Source: the human T2T-CHM13v2.0 reference genome, Homo sapiens | Direction: 5' to 3' (one strand) | NCBI RefSeq assembly: GCF_009914755.1 | Contig: NC_060943.1 | Length of the DNA stretch: 64,000 nucleotides | In this document: piece after piece, positions 39,701 through 57,065 of the stretch | How positions within the stretch are numbered: the first letter of the stretch is position 1 | How the letters are laid out: each line of letters begins with the position of its first letter | Translations under genes and position numbers: made by a program | Notes under the pieces: generated by a model | Told to the model about the DNA's origin: nothing | Database searches by the model: none | The model's input: the letters and a program-made list of their open reading frames with translations, nothing else

Positions 39701-42700
39701 AGGGTCTGGCCCTGGCATGAGGATCTGAGTCTTTCAATATCTGAGGAGTTATATACCAGGAATCTAGTACAGGTATGAGTATCTGGGTCTCTCCACGTCT
39801 GAGAAGGTAGGAATCTGTTATAGGCATGAAGATCTGGTTCTGTCGATGTGTGAAGAGGTAAGATCTGGCCCTGGTATGAGGATCTGGGTCTGTCAATATC
39901 TGAGGAGGTAGGAATCTGGCTCTCATATGAGGATGTGGGTCTCTCCATCTCTGAGGGGGTTGAATCTGGTACAGGTATGAGGATCTGAGTCTGTCACTGT
40001 CTGAGGAAGTAGGATCTGACCCTGGTGTGGGTATCTGGGTCTGTCCATGTCTGAGAAGGTAGGATCTGGCCCATTAGGATTATGAGGCTCTGGGTCTGTC
40101 AGTATCTTAGGAGGTAGGATCCGGGTGCAGGTATAAGGATCTGGATCTGTCAGTGTCTTAGGAGGTAAGATGTGGCCCTGGTATGAGGATCTGAGTCTGT
40201 CCATGTCTGAGGAGGTAGGGTCTGGTACAGGTGTGAAGATCTGGGTCTCTCCATGTCTCAGGAAGTAGGATCTGGTACAGGTATGAGGATCTGGGTGTGT
40301 TCATGTCTGAGGAGGTAGGATTTGGTGTATGTATTAGGATCTGGGTCTGTCCATGTCTGAGGAGGTAGGATCTGGCACAGATATAAGGATCTAGGTCTTT
40401 TAATGTCTGAGAAGGTAGGATCTGTCCCTCGTTTGAGGATCTAGGTCTTTCAATATCTGAGGAGGTAGGAATCTGGTACAGGTATGATGATCTGGGTCTG
40501 TCAAGTCTGAGGAGGTAGGACATTGCCCTGGTATACGGATCTGGGTCTCTTCATTTCTGAGGAGGTAAGAATCTGTTACAGGCATGAGGATCTGGGTCTG
40601 TGAATGTCTGAGGAGGTAGGACCTGGCCCTGGTATGCAGAACTGGGTCTCTTCATGTCTGTGGAGGTAGGATCTGGGTCTTTCCATGTCTGCAGAGGTAG
40701 GATCTGGCATAACTATATCTGGCACAGATATAAGGATCTGGGTCTTTCAATGTCTGACAAGGTAGGATCTGGCCTTGGTATGAGGATCTGAGTTTGTCAG
40801 TATCTGAGGATGTACGAATCTAGTACAGGTATGAGGATCTGGGTCCGAGGGGGTAGGATATGGTACAAGTGTGAGGATCTAGGTCTGTCTATGTCTGAGG
40901 AGGTAGGAATCTGGTACAGGTTGGAGGATCTGGTTCTGTCAGTGTCTGAGGAGGTAGGATCTGGCCCTGGTATGAGGCTTATGAGGATTTGAGTCTGTCA
41001 GTATCTGAGGAGGTGGGATCTAGCTGCGGGTACAGGTATGAGGGTCTGGGTCTATCAGGGTCTGAGGAAGTAGGATCTGGCCCCTGTATGAGGCTCTGGG
41101 TTGTCCATGTCTGAGAAGGTAGGATCCGGCCCTGATAGGAGGATTATGAGGATCTGAGACTGTCACTATCTGAGGAGGTAGGATCTGGGTGTGGGTATAA
41201 GGATCTGGATCTGTCAGTATCTGAGGAGGTAGGATCTGGCCTTGGTTTGAGGATCTGGGTCGTTCAATATCTGAGGAGGTACGAATCTGATACAGGTATG
41301 AAGATCTGGGTCTCTCCATGTCTGGAGGTAGGATCTGGTACAAGTGTGAGGATCTGGGTCTGTTTATATCTGAGGAGGTAGGATCAGGTACAGGTATGAG
41401 GATCTGGGTCTGTCAGTGTCTGAGCAGGTGGGATCTGGTACAAGTGTGAAGATCTGGGTCTGTCCATGTCTGAGGAGTTAGGATCTGGAGCAGGCATAAG
41501 GGTCTGGGTCTTTTCATGTCTGAGAAGGTAGGATCTGGCCCTGGTATGAGGATCTGAGTCTTTCAATATCTGAAGAGGTAGGAATCTAGTACAGGTATGA
41601 GGATCTGGGTCTCTCCATGTCTGAGGAGGGAGGAATCTGTTACAGGCATGAGGATCTGGGTCTGTCAATGTGTGAAGAGGTACGATCTGGCCTGGTATGA
41701 TGATCTGTGTCTCCCCATGTCTGAGAAGGTAGGATCTGGATCTGTCCATGTCTGAGGAGGTAGGATCTGGCATGAGTATGAGGATCTGGGTCTGTCCACA
41801 TATGCGGAGGTAGGATCTGGAGCAGGTATAAGGATCTGGGTATTTCAATGTCTGAGAGGGTAGGATCTGGCCCTGGTATGAGGATCTGGGTCTGTCAATA
41901 TCTGAGGAGGTAGGAATCTGGTGCTCATATGAGGACGTGGATCTCTCCATCTCTGAGGGGGTTGAATCTGGTACAGGTGTGAGGATCTGGGTCAGTCAGC
42001 GTCTGAGGAGATAGGATCTTGCCCTGGTATGGGTATCTGGGTCTGTCCTTGTCTGAGAAGGTAGGATCTGACCCATTAGGATTATGAGGATCTGGGTCTG
42101 TTAGTATCTGAGGAGGTAGGATCTGGGTGCAGGTATAAGGATCTGGTACTGTCAGTATCTGAGGAGGTAGGATCTGGGTGCAGGTATAAGGATTTGGATC
42201 TGTCAGTGTCTGAGGAGGTAAGATCTGGCCCAGGTGTGAGGATCTGAGTCTGTCCATGTCTGAGGAGGTAGGATGTGGTACTGGTGTGAAGATCTGGGTC
42301 TCTCCATGTCTCACGAAGTAGGATCTGGTACAGGTATTGGGATCTGGGTCTGTCCATGTCTAAGGAGTTATGAATCTGGTACAGATATAAGGATCTGGGT
42401 GTGTTCGTGTCTGAGGAGGTAGGATTTGGTGCATGTATTAGGATCTGGGTCTGTCCATGTCTGAGGAGATCGGATCTGGCATGGATATCAGGATCTAGGT
42501 CTTTTAATGTCTGAGAAGGTAGGATCTGGCCCTTGTTTGAGGATCTCGGTCTTTCAGTATCTGAGGAGGTAGGAATCTGGTACAGGTATGAGGATCTGGG
42601 TCTGTCAATGTCTGAGGAGGTAGGACCTGGCTGTGGTATATGGATCTGGGTCTCTTCATGTCTGAGGAGGTAGGAAACTGTTACAGGCCTGAGGATCTGG

Positions 42701-45700
42701 GTCTGTCATTGTCTAAGGAGGTAGGATCTGGCCCCAGTATGAGGATCGGGGTCTGTCCATGTCTGAGAAGGTAGGATCTGACTGTGATATGAGGATTATG
42801 AACATATGGGTCTCTCAGTATCTGATGAGGTAGTATCTGGGTGCCAGTACAAGGATCTGGCAGTCAGTATCTGGGGAGGTAGGATCTGGCCCTGGTATGA
42901 GGATCTGAGTCTGTAGATGTCTGAGGAGGTGGGATCTGGTACAGGTGTGAGGATCTGGGTCCGTTCATGTCTGAGGAGGTAGGATTTGGTACACATACTA
43001 GTTTCTTGGTCTGCCCACATCTGAGGAGGTAGGACCTGGCCCTGGTATGAGGATCTGGGTCTCTTCATGTCTGAGGAGGTAGGATCTGGCATGAGTATGA
43101 GGATCTGGCTCTGTCCATGTCTGGGGAAGTAGGATTTGGCGCAGATATAAGCATCTGGGTCTTTTAATGTCTGCGAAGGTAGGCTCTGGCCTTGGTATGA
43201 GGATCTGGGTCTGTCAATATCTGAGGAGGAATGAATCTAGTACAGGTATGAGGATCTGGGTCTCTCCATGTCTGAGAAGGTTGGCTGTGGTACAGGTATG
43301 AGGATCTGGGTCTGTCAGTGTCTGAGGAGGTAGGATTTGGTCCTGTTTTGAGGATCTGGGTCTATCCATGTCTGAAATGGTAGGATCTGGCCCATTAGGA
43401 TTTTGAGGATCTGGGTCTGTCAGTATCTGAAGAGGTAGTATCTGGGTGCGGGTATAAGGATCTGTATCTGTCAGTATCTGAGGAGGTAGGATCTGGCCAT
43501 GGTATGAGGATCTGAGTCTGTCAATTTCTGAGGAGGTAGGATCTGGTACAGGTATGAGGATCTTGGTCTGTCCATGTCTGAGGAGGTAGTATCTGGCACA
43601 GATATAAGGATCTGGGTCTGTTCATGTCTCAGGAGGTAGGACGGCGCAATTATAGGGATCTGGGTCTATCAGTGTCTGAGAATGTAGGATCTGGCCCTTG
43701 TATGAGGATCTGGGTCTTTCAGTATCTGAGGAGGTAGGAATTTGGTACAGGTATGAAGATCTGGGTCTCTTCATGACTGAGGAGGTAGGAGTCTGTTATA
43801 GGCATGAGGATCTGGGTCTGTCAATGTGTGAGGAGGTAAGATCTCTCCCTGGTATGACGATCTGGGCCTGTCAGTGTTTGAGGAGGTAGGAATCTGGTAC
43901 ACGTATGTGGATCTGCATCTGTCAATGTCTGAGGAGATAGGACCTGGCCCTGATATGAGGATCTGGGTCTCTCCATGTCTGAGGAGGTAGGATCTGGGTG
44001 TGCCCGTGTCTGAGGAGGTCGGATCTGGCATGAGTATGAGGATCTGGGTCTGTCCATGTCTGCAGCGGTAGGATCTGGAGCAGGTATAAGGATCTGGATC
44101 TTTCAATGTCTGAAAAGGTAGGATCTGGCCCTTGTATGAGGATCTGGGTCTTTCAGTATCTGAGGAGGTAGGAATCTGGTGCTGGTATGAGGATCTGGGT
44201 CTCTCCATGTCTGAGGAGGTTGGATCTGGTACAGATATGAGGATCTGGGTCTGTCAGTATCTGAGGCGGTAGGATCTGCCTCTGGTATGAGGATCTGAGT
44301 CTGTCAGTGTCTTAGAAGGTAGGCTGTGGTACAGGTGTTAGGATCTGGGTCTCTCCATGTATGAGTAAGTAGGAACTGGTAGAGGTGTGAGGATCTGGGT
44401 CTGTCCATGTCTGAGGAGGTAGGATCTGGCTCAGATATAAGGATCTAGGTCTTTCAATGTCTGAGAAGATAGAATCTGGCCCTGATTTGAGGATATGGGT
44501 CTTTCAATATCTGAGGAGGTACAAATCTAGTACAGGTATGTGGATCTGAGTCTCTTCATGTCTGAGGAGGTAGGAATCTGTTACAGGCATGAGGATCTGG
44601 GTCTGTCAATGTATGAAGAGATAAGACCTGGCCCTGGTATGCGGATCTGCATCTCTCCATGTCTGAGGAGGTAGGGTCGGGGTCTGTCCATGTCTGCGGA
44701 GGTAGGATCTGGCAGGACTATGAGGATTTGGCTCTGTTCATGTCTGCAGAGGTAGGATCTGGCACAGATATAAGGATCTGGGTCTTTCAATTGTTTGAGA
44801 AGGTAGGATCTGGCCTTGGTATGAGGATCTGGGTCTGTCAATATCTGAGGAGGTACCAATCTAGTACATGTGTGAAGATCTGGGTCTGTCTGTCTGAGGA
44901 GGTAGGAATCTGGTACAGGTATGAGGATCTGGGTCTGTCAGTGTCTGAGGAGGTGGGATCTGGCCCTGGTATGAGGCTTATGAGGATCTGGGTCTGTCAG
45001 TGTCTGAGCAGGTAGGATCTGGCCCTGGTGTGAGGATCATGAAGAACTTGGTCTGTCAGTGTCTGAGGAGGTAGGATCTGGGTGCCGGTAGAAGGATCTG
45101 GGACTGCCAGTATCTGAGGAGGTAGGATCTGGCCCTTGCATGAGGATCTGTGTCTGTCAGTGTCTGAGGAGGTAGGATGTGGTACAGGTGTTAGGATTTG
45201 GGTCTCTCCATGTCTGGAGGTAGGATCTGATACCAATGTGAGGATCTGGGTCTGTCCATCTCTGAGGAGGTAGGATCTGGTACAGGTATGAGGATCTGGG
45301 TCTCTCCATGTGTGAGAAGGTAGAAATCTGGTACAGATACAAGGATCTGGGTCTGTTCATGTAGGATCATGTCTGAGGAGGTAGGATTTGATGCAGGTAT
45401 TAGGATCTGGGTCTGTCCATGTCTGAGGAGGTGGGATCTGGCACAAATAGAAGGATCTGGATCTGTCAATGTCTGAGAAGGTAGTATCTGGCCCTGGTAT
45501 GATGATCTGGGTCTTTCAGTATCTGAGGAGGTAGGAATCTAGTAGAGGTACGAGGATCAGGGTCTCTCTATGTCTGTGGAGGTAGGAATCTGTTACAGGC
45601 ATGAGGATCTGTGTCTGTCAGGGTTGGAGGCGGTAGGAATCTGGTACACATATGATATATCTGCATCTTTCAATGTCTGAGGAGGTAGGACCTGGCTCTG

Positions 45701-47555
45701 GTATGAGGATGTGGATCTCTCCATATCTGAGGAGGTAGGATCTGAGTCTGTCCGTGTCTGAGGAGGTAGGATCTGGCATGAGTATGAGGATCTGGGTCTG
45801 TTCATGTCTGCGGAGGTAGGGTCTGGAGCAGGTATAAGGATCTGGGTCTGTTCATGTCTGAGAAGGCAGGATCTGGCCCATTAGGATTATGAGGATCTGG
45901 GTCTGTCAGTAGCTGAAGAGGTAGTATCTGAGCATGGGTATAAGGATCTGGATCTGTCAATATCTGAGGAAGTAGGATCTGGCCCTGGTATGAGGATCTG
46001 AGTCTGTCAATGTCTTAGGAGGTAGGCTCTGGTACAGGTGAGAGGCTCTGGGTCTGTCCATGTCTGAGGAGGTAGGATCTGGCATAGATACAAGGATCTA
46101 GGTTTTTCAATGTCTGAGAAGGTAGGATCTGGCCCTGGTTTGAGGATCTGGGTCTTTCAATATCTGAGCAGGTAGGAATCTGGTACAAGCATGAGGATCT
46201 GGGTTGTCAGTGTCTGAGAAGGTAGGACCTGGCCCTGTTATGAGGATCTGGGTCTCTCCATGTCTGAGGAGGTAGGTTCTGGGTCTGTCCATATCTCAGG
46301 AGGGAGGATCTGGCATGAGTATGAGGATCTTGGTCTGTTCATGTCTTAGGAGGGAGGATCTGGTGCACTTATAAGGATCTGGGTCTGTCAGTGTCAGAGA
46401 AGGTAGGATCTGGCCCTGGTATGAGGATCTGGATCTGTCAGTATCTGAGGAGGTAGGGTCTGGCCCTGGAGGATCTGGGTCTGTTCATGTCTGAGGAGGT
46501 AGGATCTCGTACCAGTATGAGGAGCTGGTTCTGTCAATATCTGAGGACGTAGGAATCTGGTACAGGTTTGAGGATTTGGGTCTGTCTGTATCCAGGAGGT
46601 ATGACCTCGTACAGGCATGAGTATTTGGTATTGCAGTGTCTGAGGAGGTAGGATCTGGTGTAGGTGTGAGGATCTGGGTTTGCTCCCTGCCCCCGTGGCT
46701 GAAGAGGTAGGATCTGGTACAGGTGTGAGGATCTGCGTCTGTTCATGTCTGAGGAGGTTGGATCTGGCCCCCTTATGAGGATCTGAGTCTGTCAATATCT
46801 GAAGAGGTAGGAATCTGGTACAGGTATGAGGATCTGTGTGTGTGTCAGTGTCTGAGGAATTAGGAATCTGGTACAGGTGTGAGGATCTTCATGTCTCTGT
46901 ATCTGAGGAAGTAGGATCTGATACAGGTATTAGGATCTGGGTCTATGTCTGAGGAGGTAGCATCTGATACAGGTATGAAGACCTGAGTCTGTCAGTGTCT
47001 GAAGTGGTTGGATCTGGCCCTGGTATGAGGATCTGGGTTTGTCAGTATTTGAGGAGGTAGGATCTGTCCCTGGTAGGAGGGTCTGTGTCTTCTAGTGTCT
47101 GAAGAAGTAGGATCTGGCCCTGGTATGAGGATCTGGGTCTGTCAGTATCTGAGGAGGTAGGATCTCATACAGGTATGAGGATCTGGGTTTTTCAATGTCT
47201 GAGGAGGTAGGATCTGGCACAGGCATGAGCATCTGGGTCTGACCATGTCTAAAGAGTTGAAGCTGTGTGCAGGTATGAGGCCTTGGGTCTGCCAGTGTCT
47301 GGGGAGGTGAGGCTGGGCATGGGTGTGAGACCCTGGGTCTGTCCATATCTGAGGAGGTAGGATCTGGTATGAGTATGAGGATCTGGGTGTGTCCGTGTCT
47401 GAGGAGGTGGGCCCTGGCACAGGTATGAGGCCTGGGGTCTGTCCGTGTCTGAGGAGGTGGGCCCTGGCGCAGGTATGAGGCCCTGGGTGTGTCCGTGTCT
47501 GAGGAGGTGGGCCCTGGCACAGGTATGAGGTCCTGGGTCTGCTGGTGTCTGCAGA
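27780..47555 (+). repeat. GPI intron 9 main minisatellite/VNTR, 50-bp unit, ~400 copies
   Basis: Consensus TCTGAGGAGGTAGGATCTGG(TACA/CCCT/CATG)GGTATGAGGATCTGGGTCTGTC(AA/CA/AG)TG. Period 50 is read directly at 28081-28300; 31-, 51- and ~59-nt variants occur; degenerate units extend left to ~27340. Confidence 0.98.
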
Positions 47556-47811
47556 GACAGGGCCCGACATCTCAGGGAAGACCACGGTAAGCTCTTCAGT
47601 TTGTCTTGTGGCTGTGGTCAGTCATCTGTAGTCTGCCCTGTTGGTCTTCCCATGTGTTGCCAGCACCTGCCTGCTGCCTTGCTTCCTGGAGGTGGGTTGG
47701 GCCAGGGCCCTCCGAGACGCCCCTGTGCAAGACCAGGGACAGGGTTTCCGGCAGGAGGTGGGGGGCGGGGTGTGCCGGCCCTCCCTCAGCACCTTGTCCT
47801 GTCTCTCCTAG

Positions 47812-47934
<123 letters not shown>

Positions 47935-48291
47935 TAGGGGGCTTGTGTCCCTGAACATCATGCTGTCCTCACAGGCTGCTGGCCTCTCTGCAGCTGGCTG
48001 GGATATTTATTTCATGTCCAGAAGGAAGGTCTGGGTTTTTTTGCGTGTGCAAGTTGGCCCCCGTCTTTGCCCCTCACAACTGCAGTCCTGTTTCTCTCCT
48101 ATCCTAGGCAGAGTCAGATCCCTGCACTCAGGGCCACCTCTCACTGGAGGGGCTTTGTCTAGGTCCGAGTCCTCCCATGTCGTATCTTCTGGCTCTCCAT
48201 GCAGCCTTCCTTCGTTGCAGAAGGAGCTGTGCCCACTGCCCACAGGACGCAGGGTGTGGCCACTTCTGTTGACTCTGCTTTTGTGTCACAG

Positions 48292-48335
48292 GTTTTGACA
48301 ACTTCGAGCAGCTGCTCTCGGGGGCTCACTGGATG
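48292..48335 (+). CDS. GPI: GPI exon 11
   Basis: cacag| (G)FDNFEQLLSGAHWM |gtgagt; 44 nt. Confidence 0.98.
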
Positions 48336-48477
48336 GTGAGTGCTGAGGCTGGTTCTCTGCCAAGTGCTGGCCAGAGGCGCGTGTGTTGGTCCTGGTCCCC
48401 CGCTTTCTCCCCCACTGTCCTGTCCCTCCCCTCCCCGTGCAGCTGCTCAGCTCCCACTCATCCTGCTCCTGTTTCAG

Positions 48478-48630
48478 GACCAGCACTTCCGCACGACGCC
48501 CCTGGAGAAGAACGCCCCCGTCTTGCTGGCCCTGCTGGGTATCTGGTACATCAACTGCTTTGGGTGTGAGACACACGCCATGCTGCCCTATGACCAGTAC
48601 CTGCACCGCTTTGCTGCGTACTTCCAGCAG
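48478..48630 (+). CDS. GPI: GPI exon 12
   Basis: ttcag| [51 protein letters not shown] |gtacca; 153 nt. Confidence 0.98.
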
Positions 48631-48954
48631 GTACCAGCTGCCAAGCCAGGCCTTGGAGTCAGCAAGATTTGTGGGGGGTCTGGGAGGTCTAGGAACCTGG
48701 GTTTCAGCTCCTCCAGGAGCTCTTTGCCCCATTGCCCTTGGGCCTGGCCAAGGTCCATCTGTGCTCCTTGTCTCAGGATGAATCTTTGTAACTGAGGTTG
48801 GTTCCATTTGAGTGTCATCTGAGTTTGATCACCATGGGAGGGGCATGACTGGTGATCATGGTGCCCTGGCTAGGGAGGTCCTGGCTTGACTCAGGGGATG
48901 TTTCTCAGCTGGGGTCACTTCTTTCTTGCACATCACTATGCATGCCTACCATAG

Positions 48955-51095
<2,141 letters not shown>

Positions 51096-51098
51096 TAG

Positions 51099-53568
<2,470 letters not shown>

Positions 53569-53755
53569 ACTGGTGTGTAGTTCTTAAAGAGCAGTTATCA
53601 CTGTTCCCTGCCTTGTGGTGTCATCGGATGTGTCCCCCTCGCTCCAACTGAGCTGTACAGCGAGTGACCCAGGCTGGGACTGACCCCTGCTGAGAAGTAC
53701 CAGGCGGTCTTGTCCCTCTGCCTGAAGCCCAGACAGTGCTCTCAAGCATAACTGA

Positions 53756-54200
<445 letters not shown>

Positions 54201-54257
54201 TGAGTAGGGGAAAGGTCCTGGCTTGGGGTAGGTTGGAATGGGCTTGTGGAGCCCTGA

Positions 54258-54350
<93 letters not shown>

Positions 54351-54420
54351 TGAGTTGCTCACTTAGGGGAGGGCCGGGAATACCTTTGTGTCGGCTCAGG
54401 GATTTCAGTAGCAACGTTAG

Positions 54421-54600
<180 letters not shown>

Positions 54601-54872
54601 ACTCGTGCTCATCTGCAGCCTCCTCTGTGACTCCCCTTTCTCTTCTCGTCCCTCCTCCCCGGAGCCGGCACTGCATGTTCCTGGACACCACCCAGAGCAC
54701 CCTCTGGTTGTGGGCTTGGACCACGAGCCCTTAGCAGGGAAGGCTGGTCTCCCCCAGCCTAACCCCCAGCCCCTCCATGTCTATGCTCCCTCTGTGTTAG
54801 AATTGGCTGAAGTGTTTTTGTGCAGCTGACTTTTCTGACCCATGTTCACGTTGTTCACATCCCATGTAGAAA

Positions 54873-54878
54873 AATAAA
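54873..54878 (+). terminator. GPI proximal polyadenylation signal AATAAA
   Basis: First AATAAA ~270 nt after the stop, with a U/GU-rich tract at 54914-54945. Confidence 0.85.
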
Positions 54879-55277
54879 GATGCCACGGAGGAGGTTGTAG
54901 GCTCAGCCTCTGATTTTTTTTTTCCTGTGATGGTGCTTTATGTAGCAGAGGGCAGGAGCGCTCAGCAGGACGCAGGCTGTGCCTCTGCGGACACTTAACA
55001 CTAAGTGGTGAGCGGGTCTAGAGTGGAGCAAGGTGCCCTGAGAAGACAATAGTGGGGTGGGGGCACAATCAGTCAGGACGGCAACTTGGCCTGTGTCACC
55101 AAATCCCAAGACTGTTTTCCACTCCTCACCTCTGTGACTGCAGAAATTGGATACTCTGTTCACTCGATGGTTCTAAAAACTGCATTGAGATTATGTTTGT
55201 TTCGGGTGAATTCCTGGACAAGACCGAGGATGACTGCCATCTCCTGGCAAGACGCTCAGGTAGTTCTTTTGCTTTAA

Positions 55278-56750
<1,473 letters not shown>

Positions 56751-56763
56751 GATAGGATCCCAC

Positions 56764-57065
56764 TGAGGCCAGAGAATAGGGTCTGGAGACAAAGGAGCAT
56801 TCACTTCAGCCTCTGACTGGTGGCAGGCCAAGTCTTTATTTACATAGGGTGTAACCAAATAGGAAACCTCTAAAGGGTACTTAAACCCCAGATTTTCTAC
56901 ACAGGGCACTTGCTTGAGCCTCATCCCGCTTTCTGGAATGTACTTTTGCTTCAATAAATCTGTGCTTTTGTTCCTTCTTTTGTTGCTTTGTGTGTTTTGT
57001 CCACCTCTTTGTTCAATATTCCAAGAACCTGGACGACTTGTAGTCAAGATCCTCCCCTGGTAATA
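56764..57065 (+). mobile_element. ERV1 solo LTR (MER51-like) inserted in an old Alu
   Basis: Starts TGAGGCCAGAGAATAGGGTCTGGAG; AATAAA at 56953; ends ctggtaata; 4-bp flanks ccac / ctac; the host Alu resumes at tgtgttgcccaggc. Confidence 0.78.

Noticed and set aside
27780-47555. CRISPR- or TIGR-like repeat-spacer array
   Set aside because: Human intron; variable blocks are short, recurrent and related by point mutation; no associated effector gene.
27780-47555. Perfect Shine-Dalgarno AGGAGGT in most units
   Set aside because: No role in a human nuclear intron; coincidental.
27780-47555. PRDM9-A motif / chi-like minisatellite core
   Set aside because: The minus strand CCTCCTCAGAC does not fit CCNCCNTNNCCNC; similarity to the GGAGGTGGGCAGG core is only partial.
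27795-47585. Dozens of minus-strand ORFs (up to 360 aa; QILPPQT/DPDPHTC/RSYLLRH repeats)
   Set aside because: They follow from a stop-poor 50-nt unit cycling through three frames. Indels and stops are not frame-preserving, and there is no gene structure.
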